This document shows, piece by piece, positions 28,187-37,575 of a DNA stretch of 64,000 nucleotides. The position numbers were made by a program, and so were the translations under genes. The notes under the pieces are model-generated. The model saw only the letters and a program-made list of their open reading frames with translations, searched no databases and was not told the DNA's origin. Origin of the DNA: an uncultured Gemmatimonadaceae bacterium (GTDB lineage Bacteria; Gemmatimonadota; Gemmatimonadetes; Gemmatimonadales; Gemmatimonadaceae); assembly GCA_963781585.1 (NCBI GenBank), contig CAWAGQ010000009.1, positions 32,001 through 96,000 of the forward strand, in the 5' to 3' direction. Position 1 is the stretch's first letter. Each line of letters starts with the position of its first letter.

Positions 28187-29877
28187 GGTGTGCCCGACGT
28201 CGCGAGCCGACGATCCCTCCCCAGCGGGCTCACCGCGAGCCCGACGATCAGCACGGTCACCGCACCCACGACGTTATGCCACAGGAACGACACAGCCGGC
28301 GCCCCGAATGCGACGGTCGCGACGGTCGCCATTCCCGCCAGCAGGCCCACGAAGGCCCCCAGCGCCCGGGCCCTCGGGATCATCGCCAGCAGGAAGACGC
28401 CGAGGATCGATCCGTAGAAGAAGGATCCGAAGCGATTCACCACTTCGATCAGCGAGCCTAACGTGGCGGCGTAGGTGGCCACCACGCAGGCGAACAGGCC
28501 CCAGAACGCCGTCGCCATTCTGGAGACCCGCAGAAAATGCGCGTCCGATGCCACCGGCCGCACCCAGCGGCGATAGAAGTCCACGACCGTTGCCGTGCTC
28601 AGCGAATTCAGCTCGGCAGCGATGCTCGACATCGCTGCCGCCATCACGGCGGCGATGAACAGCCCGGCGAGACCAATGGGTAGCTCGGAGAGCACGAACC
28701 GGGGCATGATATAGTTCGCGTCGCTCGAGTGATCGCCGGTGACCCGGCCGGCCAGAGCCAGGGCGTCGGAGCGCACGGCGCGCACGGCGCTGTCGCCCCG
28801 GGCGAAGTCGGCGCGGGCCGCGACGACCCCGTCGCGGTCGGAGCGCGCGGTGATGGCGAGCTCGCGGGCGGCGCGTTCGCGCGCGGTGAAGGCGGACTGA
28901 TAGCGCGTCTCCAGCTGCTGGTAGGCCGGCGCATCCGCGTCCCGCACGCTCCGCTCGTGCGCGGGATTGAAGAACAAGGGCGGCGTCTGAAACAGGAAGT
29001 ACACGAACACCAGCACGCCGACCAGGAGCACCAGCGCCTGGAGCGGGATCTTCCAGTACGCGCTCATCAGGAGGGAGCTGCGCGCCTCATCCACCGACTT
29101 CGCCGTGAGGTAGCGTTGCACCTGGCTCTGATCCGTGCCGAAATACGAGAGCATGAGGAAGGTGCCGCCAATGACCCCCGACCAGACCGTGTACTGATTC
29201 GTGAGGTCGAACGAAAAATCAAATACGCGCAGACGGCCCGCCGAGCCCGCAAGGTGCAACGCGGCATCGGGACTGACTGGCAGCTTGATCAGCAACACCA
29301 CGACGATCGCGATCAGCGAACCCACGATGATCACCATCTGTTTCACGTCCGCCCAGGTCACCGCCTGGACGCCGCCGATCATGGTGTAGAGCACGGTTGG
29401 AACGCCCATCAGGGCCACCGACCAGCCGATGCTCCATCCGAATATCGCCGAGAATACCACGGCCGGCGCGGCAATGATCCCGCCGCACGACATCGCGCGC
29501 GAGACAAGGAAGAGGAAGGCCGTCAGCGAGCGGGTCGGTGCATCGAATCGTCGTTCGAGATACTCGTAGGCGGTGAAAACCCGGGCCCGGTGCAGCAGGG
29601 GCACCAGCGTCACCCCGAGGATGACCATGGCCAGCGGCAGTCCGAAGTAGAACTGCACGAAACGCATGCCGTCGGTGGCCCCCTGGCCGGTCGTGCCGAT
29701 CATGGTGACGGCGGACAGCTGCGTTGCCATGACCGACAGCCCCACCGCCCACCACGGCAGGCTGCGGTTGGCGAGGAAGTACCCTTCCAGCTCCTTCGTC
29801 CCCTTCGCCCGCCGGATGCCGTCGGTGACGACATAGACGAGGTAGCCGACGACGATCAGCCAGTTGAGCCAGTGCAT
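28183..29877 (-). CDS. Sodium:solute symporter family protein
   Basis: YFLANRSLPWW, TAYEYLERRF, GTDQSQVQRYL and AAAMSS. Confidence 0.93.
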   Translation of the reverse strand: MHWLNWLIVVGYLVYVVTDGIRRAKGTKELEGYFLANRSLPWWAVGLSVMATQLSAVTMIGTTGQGATDGMRFVQFYFGLPLAMVILGVTLVPLLHRARVFTAYEYLERRFDAPTRSLTAFLFLVSRAMSCGGIIAAPAVVFSAIFGWSIGWSVALMGVPTVLYTMIGGVQAVTWADVKQMVIIVGSLIAIVVVLLIKLPVSPDAALHLAGSAGRLRVFDFSFDLTNQYTVWSGVIGGTFLMLSYFGTDQSQVQRYLTAKSVDEARSSLLMSAYWKIPLQALVLLVGVLVFVYFLFQTPPLFFNPAHERSVRDADAPAYQQLETRYQSAFTARERAARELAITARSDRDGVVAARADFARGDSAVRAVRSDALALAGRVTGDHSSDANYIMPRFVLSELPIGLAGLFIAAVMAAAMSSIAAELNSLSTATVVDFYRRWVRPVASDAHFLRVSRMATAFWGLFACVVATYAATLGSLIEVVNRFGSFFYGSILGVFLLAMIPRARALGAFVGLLAGMATVATVAFGAPAVSFLWHNVVGAVTVLIVGLAVSPLGRDRRLATSGTP

Positions 29878-29887
29878 GTGCGCGGCG

Positions 29888-30010
29888 TCAGCCGGAGTAG
29901 CGTGTCTGGAGCAGCCAGAGTGCGCACAGGGTGACGATCTGCACGCTCAGCACGGCCAGCAGGGTCCGGCGGAATCGCCGGCGCCCCGACTCGACGGGCT
30001 CGTCAGTCAT
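29888..30010 (-). CDS. Small single-TM membrane protein (40 aa)
   Basis: Hand-translated MTDEPVESGRRRFRRTLLAVLSVQIVTLCALWLLQTRYSG*; fills the gap between the PIG-L gene and the SSS gene with 10-nt spacers on each side. Confidence 0.7.
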   Translation of the reverse strand: MTDEPVESGRRRFRRTLLAVLSVQIVTLCALWLLQTRYSG

Positions 30011-30020
30011 CGCCGCGTCC

Positions 30021-32624
30021 CTACTGCACCACCCGGTCCGCCTTCGCCGCCAGCAGATTCACGAACAGGCGCGCCGCGCCCGGCACGCCGTTAGGCAGCT
30101 GGCGGAAGAACGCGAGCGTGGTGTACACGAAGGTCCCCTTGCCGTAGGGAGCGACCAGGATCGCGCCCTTGTTGGGCGGTTCGCCGGGATCATTGACCTC
30201 GAGCATCGCGGCGTACTTGGGGTCGAACGTGCGCGGCATGTAGAGTGTCAGGTCCTGCTGCCAGCCCGTGAAGTCGGCGGTGGTGATCCGGTTGGGCGTG
30301 GTGAGCACCGGCGACGCGGGATCGACGATCCGCACCGGTGCGTCCTCGACGGTCACGCGATCGGCGGGGCGTGCGAGCGTGATGGGATACGGCAGGAGCG
30401 ACGGCATCTCGTACTGGCCGTACTGCACCACCGCCGTCCCCCCACCCTTCACGTAGTCGAGGAGGATCGGGTTGCCGGCCACGAGCGACGCATTGGCCTC
30501 GTAGGCCCGCGTACCGACGACAATCGCGCTGAACTTCGACAGATCGGTGCGCGAAAGCTGCGCCGGATCGAGCAGCGTGACGTTGATGCCGAGCTGTTCC
30601 AGCGTCGGCGCGACGTTGTCACCCACGCCGGCGATGTAGGCAATATGGAGATTGGCCGGCAACGCGAGATCCACTGCCTCCAGTTCCAGCGTCGACGGCC
30701 GGTAGAGCCGCTGCGTCCGAATGTGGTCGTACTCGATGGCGGTGTAGCCATCGGTGAACGTCTCGCCATTGCTGGTGGCGACCGCCTGGAGGTGGTGTCG
30801 TCCCACCGGCAGCCGTCCGTGCACGACGAAGGCGACCGTGCGCTCCGAGCCCGGTGTGGGAAGGGTCAGGTGGCGCACCACCGTGTCGGCCTGGAGTCCG
30901 TTCGGGAGTCGCAAGGTCACGTCGACGTCGCGCGACGCTGACGCCGCGGACGTCAGATGCACGCGGATGGTGCGCTGGAAGTTCGTGTTGGCCGGCGCGT
31001 ACTCCACTTCATGATCGAGGAGCAGGGTGATCGCGGGGGCGCCCGCCACCGGCCTGTCCATCTCGCCCCTGACCGGATCGGCGTGCCGGTAGACGACCGG
31101 CACCCAGAGCGTGAGCGGCGCGCTGTCAACCGCCAACTCCACCCGCACGCCGGCTGCGGCGGGGCGGCTGCTTTCCTCGACCCCGCGTACTTCGGGTGTG
31201 AACATCGAGCCCTGACGCGGCTGGACCAGCCACCAGGGCTGCGAGGTATCGCTCATGGCGTCGGTGGTGAGCCGGCGCGTCCACGTGCTGTCGGGGCCGA
31301 GCGTCGTCCAGGTCGGATGCTCAGCCGCGAGCGCGTGCCGCCCGATCGTGGCCCCGACGTCGCCGATCTGAACCGGCAGCTGGCCGCGGTCGTAGATCTC
31401 CACCGAGACCGGTACCTGTTCACCCACCCCCCAGACTTCGCGTGACGCCGTCGCTTCCACCGCCACTCCGGCGGCGATGGACAATGCCTGGCTGAGACGC
31501 GCGCGCGCGACGGCCACGCTGGTTGCGAGATCGGAATCGATCGTCACCCGGGTTCCCGGCATGGCGGCGGGATCCTGGCACAGCGCGGCGGACGCGCCGG
31601 CCGGAGCGCCACACACCGCGTCCAGAAGGCGGCTGATTCTCGCCATCGCGGGGAGCAGCTTCTCCGGGGCGAAGGCATCGAATCGCTCGCGTGCAGCGGC
31701 GAAAGCGGCCGGGAGCGAGTCGAGCGCGGCGCGTCCGGATGAGGTGCGCACCGTTGTGCGGAAGCGCGCCCAGGTGGTATCCACGCCGTCGAAAATCGAG
31801 CGCTCGATGAGGCCGTTGGCCGGCATTCCCGACCGCGCCTCCTCGAGCCGCAGCCCGTCGGTTCGCGCTCCCTTGCGCTGCAGCGAGCCGGTGGCCTGCG
31901 ACTTGTGCTGGGAGTGCGCGTCGTCGGCGATCTCTCCATACGAGCGCCCGAGCAGCGGATCGTACTCTCCCACATCGATGGAGAGGGTCGGCGGCTCTCC
32001 GCGCGCACGACGATAGAATTTCTGCACCGTCCACGGACCGAGACCGGCGGTGGCGGCTCTGGGGAAGCGTACCGTGTCCCCGGCCAGGTCATACGCTTCT
32101 CTCGCGACGATACCCGAGACCTGGTGCTGACCGTGGCCGTCGCGCGGGGTGCCGGTGAAGATTGCCACGATCACGTGGGGGCGGAACGCGCGGACCACGG
32201 TAACCACGTCTTGCAGCACGGAATCATGCGGCCACTGTGCGAACGACTCGGCGGCCGACTTGGAGAAGCCGAAATCGTAGGCCCGGCTGAAGAACTGCCT
32301 GCCACCGTCGATGCGACGGGCGGCCAGCAACTCCTCGGTGCGAATGGCGCCTAACGACTGGCCGAGTTCGTTGCCGATCAGGTTCTGACCGCCGTCTCCA
32401 CGGGTGAGCGACAGGTACGCCGTTTCGACATGGCGGCCGGTGGCCAGCCACGCGATCAGCTGGTTGTCCTCGTCGTCGGGATGGGCGGCGATGACGAGCA
32501 CGCGTCCGGACACCGAGAGACCGGACACCAGCTCACCGAGGGCGGCGGCGCCACGCTCCTGGGCCTTACCGGCGCGGCCGAAAACGAGGGAGCAGGCGAT
32601 GGCAATGCAGATGCGTCTGTGCAT
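30021..32624 (-). CDS. Exported PIG-L/LmbE-family deacetylase with C-terminal accessory domains
   Basis: Signal peptide MHRRICIA...AGKA; AAHPDDED, TRGDGGQN, RTEELL, DFGFSK and HGQHQ. Confidence 0.9.
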   Translation of the reverse strand: MHRRICIAIACSLVFGRAGKAQERGAAALGELVSGLSVSGRVLVIAAHPDDEDNQLIAWLATGRHVETAYLSLTRGDGGQNLIGNELGQSLGAIRTEELLAARRIDGGRQFFSRAYDFGFSKSAAESFAQWPHDSVLQDVVTVVRAFRPHVIVAIFTGTPRDGHGQHQVSGIVAREAYDLAGDTVRFPRAATAGLGPWTVQKFYRRARGEPPTLSIDVGEYDPLLGRSYGEIADDAHSQHKSQATGSLQRKGARTDGLRLEEARSGMPANGLIERSIFDGVDTTWARFRTTVRTSSGRAALDSLPAAFAAARERFDAFAPEKLLPAMARISRLLDAVCGAPAGASAALCQDPAAMPGTRVTIDSDLATSVAVARARLSQALSIAAGVAVEATASREVWGVGEQVPVSVEIYDRGQLPVQIGDVGATIGRHALAAEHPTWTTLGPDSTWTRRLTTDAMSDTSQPWWLVQPRQGSMFTPEVRGVEESSRPAAAGVRVELAVDSAPLTLWVPVVYRHADPVRGEMDRPVAGAPAITLLLDHEVEYAPANTNFQRTIRVHLTSAASASRDVDVTLRLPNGLQADTVVRHLTLPTPGSERTVAFVVHGRLPVGRHHLQAVATSNGETFTDGYTAIEYDHIRTQRLYRPSTLELEAVDLALPANLHIAYIAGVGDNVAPTLEQLGINVTLLDPAQLSRTDLSKFSAIVVGTRAYEANASLVAGNPILLDYVKGGGTAVVQYGQYEMPSLLPYPITLARPADRVTVEDAPVRIVDPASPVLTTPNRITTADFTGWQQDLTLYMPRTFDPKYAAMLEVNDPGEPPNKGAILVAPYGKGTFVYTTLAFFRQLPNGVPGAARLFVNLLAAKADRVVQ

Positions 32625-32627
32625 GGT

Positions 32628-32693
32628 GTCGAGTGAGCGTGCGTGAGCGACCGGCTGCGGGTCGAGTGAGCGTGCGTGAGCGACCGGCTGCGG
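32628..32693. repeat. Exact 33-bp tandem duplication
   Basis: GTCGAGTGAGCGTGCGTGAGCGACCGGCTGCGG twice (32628-32660, 32661-32693). Confidence 0.95.
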
Positions 32694-32798
32694 GCGGTGA
32701 CGTCCAAGGCATGGGGCCATGGGCGATCCAACCGGACCCCCATGGACCGCGAGCCCCCAGCCGCGACCGGTTGTTGTGCGACCTCCGGTGAAACGGGT

Positions 32799-35552
32799 TC
32801 AGCGTCCGGCGCCGACCCGCGGAGGCCTGAATCCCGGAATATTCGGCGCGGCCAGCACATCCGCCACAATGCGTGCCTGTTCGGCCTGGTGCACCGTCAC
32901 CGACCCTTCCGCCGGGCTGGCCCGCTCGGGGCGGCCGACGTAGCGGATGATCAGGGCGTTCCCCGCCGAGGCCCGCAGTCGCGGAGCAACGTAGCTCCAG
33001 GAACCCATGTTCTTGGGTTCCTCCTGCGCCCACACGATCTCCACCACGTTCGGATACGCGTCCACGACCCGCGACACCTCGTCATGCGGCCAGGGGTACA
33101 GCTCCTCCACACGCGCGACCGCGAGGTGCCTGGGCTTCTCTCCGGCGACCAACTCGTAGTAGAGTTTGCCGGTGCAGAAGACCAGCCGCGTGATGTCGTC
33201 GCGCGCCGGCACTGCGGGGTCGTCGATCACCTGCTGGAATCTCCCCTGCGTGAGGTCCTGGAGGCGTGAGGCCGCCGCCGAGAGCCGAAGCATCGACTTC
33301 GGCTGCATCAGAACCAACGGCCGGCGCACGGGCTCCCAGGCCTGGCGGCGCAGAATGTGAAAGTACTGCGCGGGCGACGTGGGATATGCAACGCGGATAT
33401 TCCCTTCGGCGCACAGCTGGAGGAATCGCTCCAGCCGCGCACTCGAATGCTCGGGGCCCTGCCCTTCGTAACCGTGCGGGAGGAGCAGCACCACCGAGGA
33501 GTCCTGTCCCCACTTCACGGTGTCGGCGGCGATGAACTGGTCGATGACCGGTTGCGCCATGTTGGCGAAGTCCCCGAACTGCGCTTCCCACAGCACCAGG
33601 GCGCCGGGGGTCGCAGTGCTGAAGCCATACTCGAAAGCCAGCACCGCCATTTCGGTGAGCGGACTGTTCCAGACCTCGAACCGGCCACTCGCATCAGGCA
33701 GGTGCTGGAGCGGCGTGTACGCAGCGCCGCTGTCGACGTCGTGGAGCACGGCGTGGCGGTGCGAGAAGGTGCCCCGTTCGGTGTCCTGACCGGTGAGTCG
33801 GACGTCGACCCCCTCGGCCAGCAGAGCTGCAAACGCGAGTGCTTCGGCATGTCCCCAGTCGATATCGGCGTCACCGTGCATGGCCGTGCGGCGCCGCTCG
33901 AGCTGGCGGGCCAGTCGCTCGTGGACGTGGAGATCGGACGGCCAGGTGAGCAGGCGCTCGTTGAGCGAGATCAGCAGCTCGGCGCGCACCGCGGTTTCAT
34001 GGGGGGGCGCCGCGTCGCCGGAACGCGCGCCGTCCGACTCGGGCTCCGGCTCGGGGTGCCGCGCGGCGTGGGCGGCTTCGAGTCGCGCCATCACCGTGCG
34101 TTCCTCCTCCTCGACGTCCTCCTGGGTGATGACGTTCTCGCGCACCAGCCGTTCGGCCCAGATCTGGCGTGCCGGCGGGTGCGCGCGAATGGCGGCGTAC
34201 AGCTTCGGCTGCGTGTAAGCGGGCTCGTCGCCCTCGTTATGCCCCCAGCGTCGGTATCCGACCAGGTCCACCAGGAAGTCCTTGCCGAACTGCTGCCGGT
34301 AGGCGATCCCCAGCCGGACCGCAGTGACGCACGCCTCCGGATCGTCCGCGTTCACGTGCACGATGGGTACTTCGAAGCCTTTCGCCAGATCGCTGGCGTA
34401 GTACGTGGAACGGCCGTCCGCCGGATTGGTTGTGAACCCGATCTGGTTGTTGCAGATGATGTGGAGGGTGCCGCCGACCCGGTAGGCGCGCAACCGCGAC
34501 AGATTGAGCGTCTCGGCTACCACGCCCTCTCCGGGGAACGAGGCGTCGCCGTGGACCAGGACGGGAAGGACCGCATTTTCGTCGCGTTCGGCGCCGGCGG
34601 CCGCGTAGTGCTGCTGCCGGGCGCGGGCCAGTCCGGTGAGGACCGGATTCACCACCTCGAGGTGGCTCGGATTCGGGAGCAGCGTAAGGCGCACGACGTG
34701 TCCGTCGCCCGGGGTGCGCTCGGCCTCGTAGCCGAGGTGGTACTTCACGTCGCCGGTTTCGCTCTCGTCCAGGTCGGCGTGCTTCCCCTCGAACTCGTCG
34801 AAAATGATGCCTAACGGCTTGCCGAGGATGTGCGCCAGCACGTTGATGCGTCCGCGATGGGCCATCCCGATCACCACTTCGCGGGTGCCGCCGAGGGCGG
34901 CATCGTGTATGGCCACGTCGAGCATCGGCACCAGCGCGTCCGTCCCTTCGATCGAGAAGCGCTTCACGTTCACGTAGGTGCGGTGAATGAAACGCTCCAG
35001 TCCGTCCACTTCGGTGAGCCGGCGCAGCAGCGCGCGCTTCTCGTCCGGCGTGAGGAATCGGCGCAACTCCTCGCCCTCGATGATGCGGCGGAACCAGTCG
35101 CGCTCGTCCTCGCTTTCCAGGTGCTCGAACTCGTATCCGAGGCGGGAGGTGTACAGGCGGCGCAGGCGGGCGGCGACATCGGCCGCGGTGCCCATGGCGA
35201 AGCCGAGGGCGGGCGCCGGCACCACGGCGAGGTCCTCTTCGGCGATGCCGTAAAACGCCGGCGCCAGCTCCGCCGCGCCGGTCGGGGCAGATCCCAGCGG
35301 GTCGAGCGGCACCTGAAAGTGTCCGTAGATGCGGATCGCCTCGATGAGCGCCGCCGCGCCGGCGACCCGGCGCAGGTAGGAGACATCGGCCGCGACCGTC
35401 GTGACCGGGGTCGCGCCGCCGGTCAGCATCTCGGCGAAGCGGAAATACTGGCGCCAGCTCTCGTCGACCGACGTCGGATCGCGCCGATACCGGTCGTACA
35501 GATCGGCGATGAATCCGTCGTTGTAGACGCCGGTCACAGGCGGTATGGACAT
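32799..35552 (-). CDS. sucA: 2-oxoglutarate dehydrogenase E1 component
   Basis: KRFSIEG, GMAHRGR, GDVKYHLG, NPSHLE, HGDASFPGEG, WEAQFGDF and PHGYEGQGPEHSSAR. Confidence 0.96.
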   Translation of the reverse strand: MSIPPVTGVYNDGFIADLYDRYRRDPTSVDESWRQYFRFAEMLTGGATPVTTVAADVSYLRRVAGAAALIEAIRIYGHFQVPLDPLGSAPTGAAELAPAFYGIAEEDLAVVPAPALGFAMGTAADVAARLRRLYTSRLGYEFEHLESEDERDWFRRIIEGEELRRFLTPDEKRALLRRLTEVDGLERFIHRTYVNVKRFSIEGTDALVPMLDVAIHDAALGGTREVVIGMAHRGRINVLAHILGKPLGIIFDEFEGKHADLDESETGDVKYHLGYEAERTPGDGHVVRLTLLPNPSHLEVVNPVLTGLARARQQHYAAAGAERDENAVLPVLVHGDASFPGEGVVAETLNLSRLRAYRVGGTLHIICNNQIGFTTNPADGRSTYYASDLAKGFEVPIVHVNADDPEACVTAVRLGIAYRQQFGKDFLVDLVGYRRWGHNEGDEPAYTQPKLYAAIRAHPPARQIWAERLVRENVITQEDVEEEERTVMARLEAAHAARHPEPEPESDGARSGDAAPPHETAVRAELLISLNERLLTWPSDLHVHERLARQLERRRTAMHGDADIDWGHAEALAFAALLAEGVDVRLTGQDTERGTFSHRHAVLHDVDSGAAYTPLQHLPDASGRFEVWNSPLTEMAVLAFEYGFSTATPGALVLWEAQFGDFANMAQPVIDQFIAADTVKWGQDSSVVLLLPHGYEGQGPEHSSARLERFLQLCAEGNIRVAYPTSPAQYFHILRRQAWEPVRRPLVLMQPKSMLRLSAAASRLQDLTQGRFQQVIDDPAVPARDDITRLVFCTGKLYYELVAGEKPRHLAVARVEELYPWPHDEVSRVVDAYPNVVEIVWAQEEPKNMGSWSYVAPRLRASAGNALIIRYVGRPERASPAEGSVTVHQAEQARIVADVLAAPNIPGFRPPRVGAGR

Positions 35553-35561
35553 GAATGGAAT

Positions 35562-36734
35562 CTAAGCGGGAATGGACACCGGGAGATGGCCCACCAGGAA
35601 GTGCACGCGGATTCCGCCGTTCGAGGTGCGGAATCGCTCGAGCAGGGGCACGCGCAGTTGGGCATCGAGCCGCCGATCGGTGGAGAGGATGCCGATGTGC
35701 CAGCCGGCGAAGTTCCCGCGCAGCGAGGCACCGAAGTGCGCATAGAGCGCGCGCAACTCATCGCGTCGGCCCAGCCGAACGCCGTACGGCGGATTGGACA
35801 CCAGCCAGCCCGGGGTCGCCGCCGGCGGCACGATGGCGTTGGCGTCGTGGCGGCCGAAGACCACATCGTCTTCGACGTCCGCGCGCGCGGCATTGCCGTT
35901 GGCGGCACGCAGGGCCCATCCGCTCCGGTCAGTGCCGACAATCGGTGCCGAGGTGGAGGTCCGTTCTGCCTCACGCGCCCTGGCCCAGACGCCAGCCCAG
36001 AGGGCTTTGTCGAAGTCGGGCCAGTCCATGAATCGGAACCGGCGGTCGCGGCCCGGCGCGATCCGTCGCGCGAAGCGTGCCGCCTCGATCGGGATCGTCC
36101 CCGATCCACAGAACGGATCCAGGAGCGGCGTCGAACCGTCCCATCCGCTCGCCAGAAGCATCGCGCCGGCAAGGGTTTCCCGCAGTGGGGCCTGCGTCAC
36201 GGCGAGCCGGTATCCGCGGCGGTGGAGCGCCGCCCCGGAGGTATCCACGCTGATCGCACACTCATCGCGCTCGAGACGCACCACGAACAGCTGCGCTTCG
36301 TCTCCATCGTCATCGGGGGCGCTGCCGGCATCGCGTGTCTTCCTCGTGGGTGAGGCGCCGGTAGCGGCGCCGATGGCGTCGTAGATCCGCTCGGCGACCG
36401 CGTCGGAGTGGTACAGCCGTGACTTGTGGCAGGTCACGCGCAGGTGCACGCGGCCTTTTGAGGGAATGATCGACGCCCAGGGAAGGCGGCGGGCGCGGCG
36501 CTCGAGCTCCGCGAACGAGTCGGCATGGAAGCTCGCCAGTCGTACCAGGACGCGACTGGCGGAACGAAGGTGGAGATTGGCGGTGTACAGCACCTCACGA
36601 CCGGCCCGGAATTCCACGCCTCCGGTGATCGAATGCACGCGCGAGGCGCGGAGCAGGCGGAGCTCGGCGGCGACGATGGCCTCGAGGCCCGGCGCCGCGA
36701 CCGCGAAGGCGTCGTAGATGCTTGGGGAGTGCAC
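35562..36734 (-). CDS. THUMP-domain class I SAM-dependent RNA methyltransferase (RlmL-like)
   Basis: LHRRGYR, APLRETLA, DPFCGSGTIPIE and NPPYG. Confidence 0.9.
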   Translation of the reverse strand: MHSPSIYDAFAVAAPGLEAIVAAELRLLRASRVHSITGGVEFRAGREVLYTANLHLRSASRVLVRLASFHADSFAELERRARRLPWASIIPSKGRVHLRVTCHKSRLYHSDAVAERIYDAIGAATGASPTRKTRDAGSAPDDDGDEAQLFVVRLERDECAISVDTSGAALHRRGYRLAVTQAPLRETLAGAMLLASGWDGSTPLLDPFCGSGTIPIEAARFARRIAPGRDRRFRFMDWPDFDKALWAGVWARAREAERTSTSAPIVGTDRSGWALRAANGNAARADVEDDVVFGRHDANAIVPPAATPGWLVSNPPYGVRLGRRDELRALYAHFGASLRGNFAGWHIGILSTDRRLDAQLRVPLLERFRTSNGGIRVHFLVGHLPVSIPA

Positions 36735-36769
36735 CGGCGAAGTGTAACGTCAGCGCAGGGGGAGTTCCC

Positions 36770-37366
36770 ATGGCACAACGTGGACGAACTGACGCGGCTC
36801 AGAGGGAGGGCAGTTCCCTTGCGACGCTGTCATCTCACTGGTTGCCGCGACGCTCCTGGCGCTCACGGTGGGTTCGCACCGCCGGGCGAGCTGCGACCGC
36901 GGCGGCATTGGTGGCCGGCACAGCAGGCTGCGGCGCGATCACCACCGCTGAGGAAGTAGCCGCGGATACCGTGTCGGCGCCGGGGATCGACGTCGTTGCC
37001 GACGGTGGGATCGCGGCGCTCCACACCATGGCACACATCGACAGTGCCACCGGCGCCGCGTACTGGGTGTTCCGGGCCATCTGCGCACCGGCAGTCAATT
37101 GCACCCCCAACGACTCCCTCAACGGCAAGGTGACGGGCAGCCTGGTCGAGAACCTGTATGAGCGCGCCGCGACACCGGAATTCCGCGCTCTGCGACGCGA
37201 CTATGGCGTCACCGTGGGCAGCGCCGACATGCGCGCCTATACGCTGATCATCCGCGCGAACGGGACGTCCCGGACGCTGCGGGCCGACGATGGAACCATG
37301 CCCACTCTGATGGCGCAGTTCGTGAACGATGTGACGCTCGCGGTCAACGACGTGGTGAGGCGTTAG
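36770..37366 (+). CDS. Hypothetical lipoprotein; start uncertain
   Basis: AAALVAGTAGC lipobox-like segment; GGGGAG RBS before ATG 36770. Confidence 0.6.
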   Translation: MAQRGRTDAAQREGSSLATLSSHWLPRRSWRSRWVRTAGRAATAAALVAGTAGCGAITTAEEVAADTVSAPGIDVVADGGIAALHTMAHIDSATGAAYWVFRAICAPAVNCTPNDSLNGKVTGSLVENLYERAATPEFRALRRDYGVTVGSADMRAYTLIIRANGTSRTLRADDGTMPTLMAQFVNDVTLAVNDVVRR

Positions 37367-37377
37367 GTACCGGCGGA

Positions 37378-37458
37378 AATCGGGGTCAGCGTCGAACTGC
37401 CGGCAACGCCACCGGTAGTTCGACTCTGACCCCGATTCCGTACAATCGACTCTGACCC
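37378..37458. repeat. REP-like long inverted repeat plus a third half copy
   Basis: AATCGGGGTCAGCGTCGAACTGCCGG (37378-37403) pairs with CCGGTAGTTCGACTCTGACCCCGATT (37412-37437); extra TCGACTCTGACCC at 37446-37458 followed by a T-run. Confidence 0.8.
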
Positions 37459-37575
37459 GTTTTTTCTCCCTCCGAGGCCGCTGCGCGGCGCGCGTGCTAT
37501 AGTTGAATCGGGCCGGTCGGCCTTTGCCGCCCGGCCCGCGATTCGCCTCCTCCACCCATCCACGGGTTCGTCTCC

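Noticed and set aside
32628..32693. 33-bp repeat as a CRISPR remnant
   Set aside because: The copies are directly adjacent with no spacer, and there are no cas genes.
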